This document shows, one piece after another, positions 20,349 through 30,819 of a stretch of DNA of 64,000 bases. The stretch is from an uncultured Spirochaetota bacterium. GTDB taxonomy: Bacteria > Spirochaetota > UBA4802 > UBA5550. The notes beneath the pieces were generated by a model. The model ran no database searches. It was not told the DNA's origin and was given only the letters and a program-made list of their open reading frames with translations. Made by a program: the position numbers and the translations under genes. The first letter of the stretch is position 1; each line of letters begins with the position of its first letter. The DNA is taken from the NCBI GenBank assembly GCA_963827275.1, contig CAWHAA010000008.1, positions 160,001-224,000 on the forward strand. The letters run 5' to 3'.

Positions 20349-20918
20349 CTATTCCACCGGAAAATTGTCCCGGAAGAACTTCACTTTTTTCTCTTTGTCC
20401 TTCTTGTCTTCCTTGTCGCCGGAAAGGGTCCCCTTCTCCAGGGCGATATCAAGGATCTTTACGCTGGCGTCGTCGGCCTGCTTCTGGCCGGCCCCCTTCG
20501 CCGCGGCTGGCTTGCCGGGTTCCTTGGCCGTCTCAATCGTGGAGATTTTAACGTCAATCTGGTCCTGGGTAAGAATGCGGATCTCGTCGTCATCGATCGG
20601 TTCTTCCGGCTCGGCCTTTTTCGGCCTGGGCTCTTTTTTCTTTTTTTCGGCCGCGGGCGCCGCCTTGGCCTGAGGGGCCGGCTGGGCCTCGGCCTCGTCA
20701 CCCTCGATCTCTTTCCGCATCGCTTCGGGCGGGTTATGGATTTCCAGGCTGAGCATCTTTATCCTGTCGCCGAGGAGGAGGTTGATCTGCTTCTCGATTG
20801 ACATGAAGATCGGGGTCGTGAATGACTTGTTCTTTTTGACCGATTTCTCGAGCTTTTTAAGCTCCCTGATGTCGTTGTCGATGTCCTCGATTTTTTTTAT
20901 AACATGAATGACCTTCAT
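20349..20918 (-). CDS. Hypothetical charged protein with Ala/Pro/Lys linkers
   Basis: 189-aa ORF with helical N-terminus and low-complexity middle. Confidence 0.7.
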   Translation of the reverse strand: MKVIHVIKKIEDIDNDIRELKKLEKSVKKNKSFTTPIFMSIEKQINLLLGDRIKMLSLEIHNPPEAMRKEIEGDEAEAQPAPQAKAAPAAEKKKKEPRPKKAEPEEPIDDDEIRILTQDQIDVKISTIETAKEPGKPAAAKGAGQKQADDASVKILDIALEKGTLSGDKEDKKDKEKKVKFFRDNFPVE

Positions 20919-21073
20919 ATTCCACCCCTGGATTGTATGGTTGACGCGGGACGGCTCGCGCAGGTTGCCTGCGCGGAAATCCTGATATGCATATGCTATA
21001 TGACAGACATTGAATTACGTCAATGATTTTTTGCAATGAGACGTAATCCTTGAGAGGATCGGTTTTCAAGGGG

Positions 21074-21139
21074 TGGCGGGCTGTCCCGCGGGAAGACGGC
21101 CGGAGGCCGCCTTCCCGCAGAGGTCCGGCAGGCCCGCCA
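21074..21139. repeat. Nested GC-rich stem-loop
   Basis: TGGCGGGC/GCCCGCCA, GCGGGAAG/CTTCCCGC, CGGCC/GGCCG around a GGA loop. Confidence 0.6.
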
Positions 21140-21284
21140 ACTATTTAACTAATGTACCAGACCTGAAAAAAATGTGTCTCATCGAATGGCTTGCAGTGAG
21201 TCTTGGGACGCCGGAACGTACAAAGAAATTTTTAACCTATAGTGCCAGGTCAGCCCATGCGGAGTTTCCGCCGTATTCTTCCGT

Positions 21285-22020
21285 TTGTTATATCTCTGCT
21301 TTATGGTAATGTGCGGTACAGCGTTTTTACTCCGCTGCGCATCTCTCTTTTTTTTCATTACTTCCGGTGTCAGCGATTATGCATTATCCCTGATGCGCCT
21401 GTTGTGGAGTGCCGGCATGATGCTGATAATCTTTCTGGCGATAATTTTAAACAGGAAAAACGACATGCTTCTTGTTTCTCTTGGGGGAAAAATGCTGGTC
21501 CGTGGGGCACTTGACGGGAAGAGAAATCAACCGGCAGTGTCCCGTTCCCTGATCAGGTTGTCTGCCGGCGGAATAACCGGAGGAGTTTGATATGGGCGCG
21601 ATATTTGTGATCTACAATATCGGCTTCAACATATCCGCGATCGTCACCGGCCTCGGCATCGGCGGCGTGGCGGTGGCGCTCGCATCGCAGACGATATTCC
21701 GCGATCTCTTCAATTACTTCGTCATCTTTTTCGACCAGCCCTTCAAGGTCGGCGATTTCATAATAATAGATGACAAGATGGGCACCATCGAAAAGATAAG
21801 AATCAAGACCACACGTATCCAGAGCCTGGGCGGCGAGCAGATAATAATATCCAATACCGATCTGACAGACGCCCGGGTGCATAATTATTAGAGGATGCAA
21901 AAGCGGTGGGTTATGCTGAGGATCGGCGTGGTATATCAGACCGCGCCGGAACAGGTTGAAGCGATCCCGGGCATCATCAGGGACATAATGGAGGGCACTG
22001 AAGGCGTCACCCTCGACCGG
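21285..22020 (+). pseudogene. mscS: MscS mechanosensitive channel remnant
   Basis: GLGIGGVAVALASQ, FDQPFKVGDFI, IRIKTTRI, SNTDL, HNY*RMQKR, GVVYQT; in-frame TAG at 21889-21891; N-terminus broken; ends at EGVTLDR. Confidence 0.8.
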
Positions 22021-23724
22021 ATGAAGATGTTTTCCGGGATCGGATATTCCCCGGGATTGTTCCGTACAAATGCCTCGCTGGTGACAGTGGTCTCCTTTAT
22101 GACCGGATTTTTTGTTGAGAAGTATTCCCTGATCGCATTGATGAATGAACCGGACCTGGTCCCCTGCAGCCCGATGCAGGCGGTTTTAATCTCCTCGGAC
22201 CGGATTATTTCCGCCAGTTCCTCTCCCGCTTTTTCGGCCAGTATTACATACAGCCGCGAGAGACCGTATGTTTCTTTCAGGAACCGGCAAAAGAGGACGT
22301 TTATCTCATTGTTGGGAGAAGCAGCAAGGACGGAGGAATAGTTATCGACCTCGAACCCGGAAAAGGTATCGGCAGACAGCCCGTTTCCGTGCACATATGG
22401 AAAGCCTTCCTTTTCCGCGAGCCTGCATTTTGTCAGGTTCGAATCGACAAACAGCACTTCGTTTTGATACTTCTGCCAGTAGAGTGCCATCCCCAACGTG
22501 GTGGGATTGATCCCCAGGATGATGATATTTTTATCGCCCGAGACCAGAATATCGAGCTTTCGGGCGACCGCCGCCGCGCTCAGGCCCTGGAGCAGCACCG
22601 TGGCTGATATAAGCAGGAATATGAGTATTTCGATAATCTCCGTACCATGGACACCGGCTGATTTCAGCTTGATGGCGGCGATCGACGCCACGGAAAGTGC
22701 GATGATGCCCCGCGGTCCGATCCATGCCATGAACAGCCGCTCTTTCATGGTGAACATGCCGCCGGCCGTGCTGGCGAAAACCGTCGGGAACCGGGCCATG
22801 ACGATTATGCCCACGACCGCCAGGCCGGCCATGATCTCCTCCGAGAGCAGGGTAATATTGAAATGGGCCGACAGGAGGATGAACAGCAGGGAAATGACGA
22901 TTCTTGATATCTGCTCCTTGAAGGAAAGGAGCTTTTCCTTTTCCCTGTAGCCGATGGTGCTCAGTACGATGCCGAAAACCGCCACGGCCATCAGTCCGGA
23001 TTCGGACGACAGCTTTTCCGAGATGAAAAAGACGCAAAACACAAGCCCCAGCGTGAATATGCTGCGGCTGGCGGCGGGAACTGCGGAAGTTCTGTTTAAT
23101 AAAAATTTCACAGCAAATCCGGACAGGGCGCCGACCGCAATGCCGGTGATGATTGAGAGGAGAAAGCCGATTACGGTCAGACCCGGCACCTGCCGTGACA
23201 CGAAATACTCGATGATGGCGATGGCCAGAAGCGCACCAATCGTCGTCGATGGTTCTTGCCTCGCCGTTCAGAAATGTTTTGACATGTCTCCTCAGAGGAA
23301 GGTAACGGATGATCGGCTTTATGACGGTCGGACCGGTAACCACCGTCAGCGAAGCGAAGATAAGCGCAAGATCAGGCCGCAGGCCGGCTATGAAGTGGGC
23401 GGCAGCCCAGGCCGCCGTCATCGTGACGAGAATGGTGATGACTATCTGCCTGGCAAGATGAAGCGTTATCGATTTCAGCCTCGATATATGCAGCGAGAGG
23501 CCGCCTTCAAATAAAATAATGCTGACAAAAAGGGTGATGAGAATGTTCAGCCCCTCGCCGAGGGAATCGGGCCTGATTAACCCGGCGCCATGGGGACCGA
23601 GCGCGATGCCGCCGATGAAAAAAAGAATGATCGCCGGGAACCTGAACCGATCGGAGAGGACAATGCATACTGACCCTGTTATGAGGGTTATAATGACAGT
23701 GCGCAGGATAATGTCAGCTTCCAT
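22021..23724 (-). pseudogene. CPA1/NhaP-type cation:proton antiporter with TrkA-N-like domain, frameshift near 23240 and apparently truncated 3' end
   Basis: IILFEGGLSL, VTGPTVI, ESGLMAV, LFILLSA, WIGPRGIIA, VDSN...VHGNGL. Confidence 0.8.
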
Positions 23725-23800
23725 TAAGGCGCCCCGTATAGTCTCTTGTCAGCAGGACTGAACAGAGGATAATTGATATGAAAACCCGGTTCCATCCTTT

Positions 23801-24574
23801 TTACATTGATGAATATTTTTCAATAAATTTTTTCGACACATTTTTGCTTTTCCAGCATACTATTGAAAAATAATAGAGGGGCTGTCCTTCTATCGATATG
23901 CGGTGCCTGTAGCGTTCCAGATGATTGATGTTCAGATATTCGGAAAATATCAACTCTTTTATCATCTGGGAAAAACCGCTTGAATCGGCAATGTTCAGGA
24001 ACGTTTCTTTGATATTAAAGGCGACCCATCCTTCATCGTTGATGAGATTAAGCGCTTCCAGGAACGCAAGGGGGGGAATGTCGCCGAACCCGAGCGCTGC
24101 AACGGTAATTAACGTGTTGAGGTTCCACGATTTAATTTCCTCTTTGTCGTCCTCCGTCAGCCGGGTGAAATCCTTCACGAAATATTCGTCATATATACCC
24201 GGCCTGTCTCTTTCAGTGGAATTTTTCGCGTCATCGAGAATGTCCACGCCAACCAGTCTCGAGACCCCGACTTTTTTGACCTCTTCGCCCATCATGCCGT
24301 TGCCGGCGCCGAAATCAAGCACCCGCATTTCTGAAAAATTTTCCTTGTTTACATCGATGACGTGCTTGAGAGCCTCGGTGACTTTTCTGGGTGATACGCA
24401 CTTCAGGCGTTCGTAAAAAAGCTGTTCATATAAACCAGGCAACCTGTAAATTTTGCCGTAATCGTGAAATAAAAATTTCTCTTTAACATTGTCCTGCATC
24501 AGGTAAAAAAAGGCTTCATCCTGGTCAAGATGTCCTGTTTTTATAGGAGGAAACTGGATAGTATATTTTTTCAT
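23801..24574 (-). CDS. Class I SAM-dependent methyltransferase
   Basis: RVLDFGAGNG, VGVDI; AGGAG RBS. Confidence 0.85.
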   Translation of the reverse strand: MKKYTIQFPPIKTGHLDQDEAFFYLMQDNVKEKFLFHDYGKIYRLPGLYEQLFYERLKCVSPRKVTEALKHVIDVNKENFSEMRVLDFGAGNGMMGEEVKKVGVSRLVGVDILDDAKNSTERDRPGIYDEYFVKDFTRLTEDDKEEIKSWNLNTLITVAALGFGDIPPLAFLEALNLINDEGWVAFNIKETFLNIADSSGFSQMIKELIFSEYLNINHLERYRHRISIEGQPLYYFSIVCWKSKNVSKKFIEKYSSM

Positions 24575-24918
24575 GTGAACTCCTGAATTTTTTTTCCGTG
24601 CATGATTAACGGCAATCGCATAGACATGGTCGGATCGATCAGGTCAATAAGGATGCCGCTGCCACGTGTTCTATATTTCAGCGGGAGTAGTATGGTATCG
24701 CTCCACCAAATATCGCGCCGTTATATTCGAAATTGCATGTCAGGCTTTTTGAACTGCAGGCATGTAAGCGCTTGTTTAGACGTTCAGTCAATTGTATGAT
24801 CATGCAAATATCTGGCAAGAGAAAATTAATACATTGTAAATTACACCCCTTAAAGCACAGGACCGCGGGAAACAATGAATGTTGTCCCCTCTCATAGCAA
24901 GCCCCCTCCGGCATACGT

Positions 24919-24934
24919 ACCGATAACTATCGGT
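24919..24934. promoter_or_regulatory. Palindromic motif ACCGATAACTATCGGT, copy 1
   Basis: 7-2-7 palindrome; exact reverse complement at 42244-42259. Confidence 0.5.
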
Positions 24935-25261
24935 TGGTCCGGTTGCGGACATGCAATGTTACGGCGAGCACGCCTCTGCGGCCTCCTGCTATTCCCGCCC
25001 GGTATCCCGGCGGCGGCACAATATCACGGTACTGCCTGGTACGATCCACTTGTTTCATAACGGCTATTGCCGGATAATGAAAAGACCGTGAAGGGCGATT
25101 TGTCTGAATAATCCTTGAAAAGGTCTTGTTTTTTTACCGCCCACACAGGTAGTATTCTGAAATTCGATAATATGAAAAGTCCTGCACCGGGTCTTTTTTC
25201 TTTTTACTGATTTGAACGATAGATTGCGGTCAGGGGTGATGGGGGAGTGACTCTGTGAAGA

Positions 25262-27448
25262 TTGTCAATATCATTAGCGGGAATTGCGGTCGGTCTGTCG
25301 ATTTTTTCTGCCGCGCACGCGGAGACTGTGCGCCTGGACGGCGCTTTGCGGAAAATTCCGATAGGACCCAACGTTGAATTTCTGAAAGATGACGCCGGGA
25401 CCCTGACGATGGACGATATCTCGGGCCCGAAATACAGGAACAATTGGTTTAAAATGAAGAATCATTACCCGCGGTTCGGGTGGACTGACTCGGTTATCTG
25501 GGCCCGCTTTACCGTTGTCAATGAAACGGGTGCGAACGTTCCTTTTTTTATTGAACACGGGTATCCTCTCATAGATGATTTGCAGTTTTATTCTCCGCGC
25601 ACGAACGGCACGTTTCAGGTGATACAAACGGGGGATACGTTTAATTTTTCACGGCGGCCCTATTATTCACGCACGTTTGTCTTTCCCGAGGAATGCGCAG
25701 CACGGGGGAGTAAAACCTACTTCATGAGGCAAAAATCGTCAGGCTTCATGAATTATCCCCTCATCATCTGGTCCCCGGCCGCTTATGAAAAACAGAACCT
25801 GCTTGAACACAGCCTGGTGATGATTTATTTCGGCATTGTATTGATCATGATTCTCAATTATCTGTGCGTCTATTTCCTGGTCCGCCATCTCAGCTACATT
25901 TATTTCGTCTTTTTCATATCGTCTATGCTGATTTTCATAATGACGCAGACCGGATCACTGTTCCAGTTTGTTTTTCCTGATAACCCGGGGCTGGCAAGCT
26001 TGAGTGCGCCGTTTTTTCTCTGCTTGGCAAACATTTTCGGCTGTCGCTTCGTCATAATCACTCTGCAATTGAAGAAAACCGCGCCCCTTTTCAAAACGAT
26101 AGTTGATATACAGACGTGGGTGTTCACCGCGGCATTGATTTCAGTCGGCGCGATTCCCTTCTACAAATTGTATCAAATCATAATGCCCGCTGCGGCTTTT
26201 TTGTCAATAGTCACGCTTGCCATTGTGTTCGGCGCCGGGATCTATCTGGCGCTCAGGAAACAAAGGAAATCATACATTTTTGTTCCCATCAGCCTGGTCT
26301 TCCTGGCCTGTTTCATTATCTATTTCATGAATGCGTTCGGCATACTGAAGGGAAGCTTCGCGAGCATCTGGGTGATCCTCATCGGATCCGCCCTCTGCCT
26401 CCTGGCCCTGTCAATTACGATGGTTGACCGGATCAATGTAATGCGCAAGGGATTGAAGCGACTCACGGAAAAGCTGAATGGGGATATCAAGACACGAAGC
26501 ATCGAGCTGCTGTTGAGCGAGGTTGCGTCAAAGGCCGTGGATGATGCAGCGGAGGAACGCAGCGCCGGCGCCGGCAGGGGTTACCCCGCCTCCCTTCAAA
26601 GACTGCTCTATCATCAGCGGGAACTGTCGATCCGGAAGCTGAGCACGGACCTGACCATTATATCGAATTTCGACGAGCTGCTCGACAAAACGCTTCTGAA
26701 AGCACAAGAGTTGTGCCAGGCCGAGAACGGGTGCCTGCTTATCATGGATGAAGATACGCTTGTTGAATTACGGAGGGATGCAGACTGGCAGAATCCCGAA
26801 GGGTGCGGGTATTCCAGGACGATCGTTGATTCGGTATTAAAAAGCGGAAATTATAGCATCACCATTCATGGCGACACGGAAGGAATTGACGGCGTGACGG
26901 GGGCACGGGAGAGGAGGGTTGTTTGTGTTCCGGTCCGGTCGGCAGGCGTCATCGTGGGCGCCTGCTATATGGAGAGAAAATCACCGGAAGACTTCACTGC
27001 CCGCGACGCGAAAATGCTCATGGATTTTTCGGATAGCATCATCACGGTGATCGATAATGCCCGGTCGTACGCAAAAAAGTTCATGAGTGATGGTTCTAAA
27101 AAGTACAATGTCATAACAGATCAGACAGAGAAAAAGATACAGCAGGCCGCCGAATACATCAAGGCCAACTATCTGAGCGATATTTCACGCGAGGGCCTTG
27201 CCGCATCTCTCGATATAAGCCCGAATTATCTCGGAAAACTTTTTAAAATCTACAATGGCAAGACAATCAGTGAATACATAAGTGAATTGCGGATCCGCGA
27301 CGCGGCAAAAAGGTTAACGGAAAATAAAGATGAAAATGTGATAACTATAGCATTTGCTGTTGGTTTTGAAAGCCTGAGTACTTTCAACCGGGCCTTTCTG
27401 AAAATCATGGGCAATACGCCGTCAGAATATAAAGAACAGAACAAATGA
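25262..27448 (+). CDS. Membrane-anchored one-component regulator: 7TM-DISM extracellular and 7TM domains, GAF-like domain, AraC HTH
   Basis: FGWTDSVIWARF, TGDTFNFSRRP, about seven TM segments, VVCVPVR...FTARD, SPNYLGKLFK...IAFAVGFESLSTFNRAF. Confidence 0.85.
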   Translation: MSISLAGIAVGLSIFSAAHAETVRLDGALRKIPIGPNVEFLKDDAGTLTMDDISGPKYRNNWFKMKNHYPRFGWTDSVIWARFTVVNETGANVPFFIEHGYPLIDDLQFYSPRTNGTFQVIQTGDTFNFSRRPYYSRTFVFPEECAARGSKTYFMRQKSSGFMNYPLIIWSPAAYEKQNLLEHSLVMIYFGIVLIMILNYLCVYFLVRHLSYIYFVFFISSMLIFIMTQTGSLFQFVFPDNPGLASLSAPFFLCLANIFGCRFVIITLQLKKTAPLFKTIVDIQTWVFTAALISVGAIPFYKLYQIIMPAAAFLSIVTLAIVFGAGIYLALRKQRKSYIFVPISLVFLACFIIYFMNAFGILKGSFASIWVILIGSALCLLALSITMVDRINVMRKGLKRLTEKLNGDIKTRSIELLLSEVASKAVDDAAEERSAGAGRGYPASLQRLLYHQRELSIRKLSTDLTIISNFDELLDKTLLKAQELCQAENGCLLIMDEDTLVELRRDADWQNPEGCGYSRTIVDSVLKSGNYSITIHGDTEGIDGVTGARERRVVCVPVRSAGVIVGACYMERKSPEDFTARDAKMLMDFSDSIITVIDNARSYAKKFMSDGSKKYNVITDQTEKKIQQAAEYIKANYLSDISREGLAASLDISPNYLGKLFKIYNGKTISEYISELRIRDAAKRLTENKDENVITIAFAVGFESLSTFNRAFLKIMGNTPSEYKEQNK

Positions 27449-27871
27449 ATCAGCCGCAGATTCCCCGACTCATGCAAAGACCGCTGGCATAATTTTGATA
27501 TCAGACATCATCCCCCGTGGCTGTTAAGGGCATATCTGTTCCCCTGAAATCAGGGATGATTCATATACCTGTCCATGGGCAGGATTTATAAATGCGTATT
27601 GTCAAATAGAATACTTGTTTCTAATGATATGACATTGTGTCAGAAATTTGTTAATATTAATTGCTGTAGCCATCTTGATTGACAATTTTTTCAGAATCAT
27701 CTGTTTCTGCCTCGCCATGGCGGTGCCATGAAACAATAAAAAAATTGTTAGTGGGCGGTTTTTTTATCTGATTAATAAACGACCGTCCGGACGTAATAAA
27801 TTGGTTATACAAATACAACAAACCAATGGATTGGTTTAAATTTATTATTCAATTTATTTGGGAGGATTTTT

Positions 27872-28648
27872 ATGAAAAAAGTATCACTTTTCCTCGTTCT
27901 TGTTCTTTCGCTTTTCATTTTTTCCTGTGACAACGCTTCAAATGAAGATGCATCAGGACTGTTGGCCGGCATTACGGCAGATGATGATTCGGGCGCATCA
28001 ACAGGTGATCCTGCAGAACCGATCGTTCTCACCGATGAGCAAAATGAAGCCAATGCCGCTGCTACATTAGCAATAGTCAATAATGGATTGCAAAATATTG
28101 ATTATGAAAACCTGTTTAAGGATGCGCTGGCGAAAATTTTCAATCCATCACAACTGCAAACCATTGATTGGAATTCCTTGTTTTCTTCCTCGAACGGATT
28201 GGACTACGCGATCCCATTGGGGACGGTGTATAATCAGGACGGCATGAAAATTGATGCCTGCCTGATCGTGGGTTTGACGGATGGAATTGGCATCGGCCTG
28301 ACCTTCACTTTGGATGATTATCAGCTTCAGACGGGCGAAGAGCCGCTGCCGACCGTATCCGGTCAGATCGTTGTAGGTATGACATGCCTGTTCGATTGGG
28401 AATCTATTTTCACCCAGACCCCGAGCGCAGTAATGGTTACCATGGATACTCCTCTGGATAACCAGCTTGTCTATACCGGTGGGATCATGAACGGCCAGAA
28501 AATCGGGCTTGTCGATGTTGAGCTGGAATATAGCATGGGCAGCTTTAATATAGGAAGCCCTCTCTCGATGTCAGGTGACTTCATTCTCAATGGCGTTACA
28601 GTACCTTTTGATTCGAAATATATTGATTTACTCATTGGACTGATGTAA
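27872..28648 (+). CDS. Hypothetical acidic lipoprotein
   Basis: MKKVSLFLVLVLSLFIFS-C lipobox; GGAGG RBS; downstream terminator. Confidence 0.75.
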   Translation: MKKVSLFLVLVLSLFIFSCDNASNEDASGLLAGITADDDSGASTGDPAEPIVLTDEQNEANAAATLAIVNNGLQNIDYENLFKDALAKIFNPSQLQTIDWNSLFSSSNGLDYAIPLGTVYNQDGMKIDACLIVGLTDGIGIGLTFTLDDYQLQTGEEPLPTVSGQIVVGMTCLFDWESIFTQTPSAVMVTMDTPLDNQLVYTGGIMNGQKIGLVDVELEYSMGSFNIGSPLSMSGDFILNGVTVPFDSKYIDLLIGLM

Positions 28649-28691
28649 TGGCAGTGGTTTAAATTACTTTTTAAATATCCTGCATAAATAG

Positions 28692-28730
28692 AATAAGGAT
28701 GCCTCTTATAAAGGGCATCCTTATTTATTT
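28692..28730 (+). terminator. Intrinsic terminator, possibly bidirectional
   Basis: AATAAGGATGCC...GGCATCCTTATT then TATTT. Confidence 0.75.
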
Positions 28731-28755
28731 GGAATGATAGGTAATGTGCGGAATT

Positions 28756-30174
28756 TCAGAATACGATGAGGAACGTGGTCCCGCCGTCCCGGTCGAGACG
28801 GATGTCTCCCTTGATCTGGGACACCAGCGAGTCAACCAGCTGGAGCCCCAGCGTTTTACTCCTGTTAATTTCTATTTCACGCCCGATGCCTTTCCCGTTG
28901 TCGTGATACCGTATCACGTGCCTTCCCTGGTCGTCGATTGACAGGTCGATGCTGATTTTTCCGCCCAGGTCCGGCCCGAACGCGTGCTTGAACGAATTGC
29001 TGATGAGCTCGTTGACGATGAGCCCGCACGGGATGGCGTTGGATATCTCGAGTGCAAAGCCCGATGATGAAACGGATATCTCGATGTTATTTGAAATTGC
29101 AGAATACGTCTGCTGGAGCTCCATGACAATGGTCATTATGAATTCCCTGAAATCAATTTCGCTGAGCGAATCCGAGCGGTAGAGCATTTCATGTATGATG
29201 GCCATCGAATGGACCCTGTTCTGGCTTTCGCGGAACAGCTCGCGGTCCCGTTCGTCGATAATGTAATCGCTCTGCAGGCCCAGCAGGCTCGATATCACCT
29301 GCATGTTGTTTTTGACCCTGTGGTGGATTTCTTTAAGAAGCACTTCTTTCTCGGCCAGCGATCCCGCGAGTTTTTTTTCGGTCCTGCGGTGCTCCAGCAC
29401 CTCGTCCTGCAGTTCGCACACATACTGGTCGATCCGGCCGGACATGGTGTTGAATGCCGTCGTTAGTTCGACCAGCTCGTCCCCCTGGGACCCGGACGCG
29501 GCGCCGGGCCCGTCATCAATCCTGTGGCTGAATCTGCCCTGCTCGATCAACCGCGCACCGGCGACCAGCTTCTGGAGCGGCCCGGTAATTTTCGCGATCG
29601 CGATGCGTGAATTGATGAAGGCGGCAAGTATCATCGCCAGGGTCAATGCCAGCATGATATAGCTGCGTACCGATCGTATCTCCTGGATTTTTTTATTTGT
29701 TCCGGCGGTGATCCCGAACAATCCGGAAAGGATTTTCTCTGACAGCAGGCCTGTCTGCGCGAGCAGGGCCCTGTCCGGGCGGGATGGCCCCTCCGGCCCT
29801 GACGGGGGCGATTTTTTCCTGACAGGGTCTTTCCCCACTGCCATTTCATTACCGATCCTGGTAAATCCTGTTTTAAGCGAGACCAGATCATCCCGGATAT
29901 TTTTTAACTCGGGGTCGGTGGTGTTTTTTAAAAGGGCCATCATTGATTCATGTACGATATTCCACTGCTCTTGTCCCTGATCGAATTGTCTGTCAAGATT
30001 GCTATTTGTTATGAGTACCAGTTTTGACGCCTTTTCCGCAAGGGCCAGCGAAGTGTCCATTTTCCGCATCTCGTTTATGATGGTGCTGTTGGTGATCAAT
30101 GTCACCGCTATCAGGATGAACATCATCAGGAGGATGAGCAGTAAGTTGAGGGATAATCTGGTTCGTATTTTCAT
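28756..30174 (-). CDS. Membrane sensor histidine kinase (HAMP plus HisKA_2-type)
   Basis: Two TMs, DELVELTTAFNTM, KEIHHRVKNNMQVISSLL, NELISNSFKHAF, DNGKG, LGLQLV. Confidence 0.92.
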   Translation of the reverse strand: MKIRTRLSLNLLLILLMMFILIAVTLITNSTIINEMRKMDTSLALAEKASKLVLITNSNLDRQFDQGQEQWNIVHESMMALLKNTTDPELKNIRDDLVSLKTGFTRIGNEMAVGKDPVRKKSPPSGPEGPSRPDRALLAQTGLLSEKILSGLFGITAGTNKKIQEIRSVRSYIMLALTLAMILAAFINSRIAIAKITGPLQKLVAGARLIEQGRFSHRIDDGPGAASGSQGDELVELTTAFNTMSGRIDQYVCELQDEVLEHRRTEKKLAGSLAEKEVLLKEIHHRVKNNMQVISSLLGLQSDYIIDERDRELFRESQNRVHSMAIIHEMLYRSDSLSEIDFREFIMTIVMELQQTYSAISNNIEISVSSSGFALEISNAIPCGLIVNELISNSFKHAFGPDLGGKISIDLSIDDQGRHVIRYHDNGKGIGREIEINRSKTLGLQLVDSLVSQIKGDIRLDRDGGTTFLIVF

Positions 30175-30247
30175 CGGTTCAGAACATGCCTTGCGGGCGT
30201 AACAATGTGCTCATCTTTTAATGGTCAGATGATTTTTCAGGCAGAGG

Positions 30248-30700
30248 TCATTTTTCGACGCGGTCGAGCACGATCGTATCGTCGATGGTCTCTTCGTCGA
30301 AATTGTCCGGGCGCATGTCGTTGAAGAACGTCCGGATCTTGATCTTATCGTCGGAGACAAAGCGGACGATCATCAGGATCTTGGCCTGCTCGGTCCCTGC
30401 GGGGTCCACCCCGATGATGTCGAGCTCGATCGGGTCTTTCAGGTAATCGACGGTGAACCGGAGCATGCCGAGCCCGCCCGAATCCGGACCGCCGAGCGGC
30501 TTTCCGTCGATGATCAGGATGACATTGCCGTCCTCGAAAAACTGGAAGGCGCCGGGCTTGCCGGTCCTGTCAATCCCTTCCCACTTGCCGATGAGGGTCC
30601 TCTGGTTCTGGACCGCGGCCTGCTTTGCGCCGGATGCGCATGAGGCGAGAAACGCACCGGCCAGTATGAGAGCAAGGAGGGTATGTGTTTTTTTCAGCAT
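30248..30700 (-). CDS. Hypothetical lipoprotein
   Basis: FLAS-C lipobox; LIGKWEG. Confidence 0.7.
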   Translation of the reverse strand: MLKKTHTLLALILAGAFLASCASGAKQAAVQNQRTLIGKWEGIDRTGKPGAFQFFEDGNVILIIDGKPLGGPDSGGLGMLRFTVDYLKDPIELDIIGVDPAGTEQAKILMIVRFVSDDKIKIRTFFNDMRPDNFDEETIDDTIVLDRVEK

Positions 30701-30819
30701 GGCGTTCTCCGGCATACAGTATTTCGGCTCTTCGGACCTTCGTGGACCAGATAATGGTGCGGCGCGGCGGTCCGATTGTCAAACAATATTTACCGTGGTA
30801 AAGGCTTTCGCCGGGCCTG

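Noticed and set aside
21074..21139. SRP (4.5S) RNA
   Set aside because: Lacks the domain IV GNRA-capped stem with AGG/AGCAG internal loop
21895..22341. 148-aa ORF as a novel protein
   Set aside because: Chimera of the mscS tail and antisense antiporter sequence across the junction near 22020
23801..24574. DNA methyltransferase of a restriction-modification system
   Set aside because: No DPPY/NPPY or PC catalytic motif and no nuclease neighbour
24602..25060. Short ORFs between the methyltransferase and the AraC gene
   Set aside because: No convincing RBS or protein-like motifs; treated as regulatory DNA
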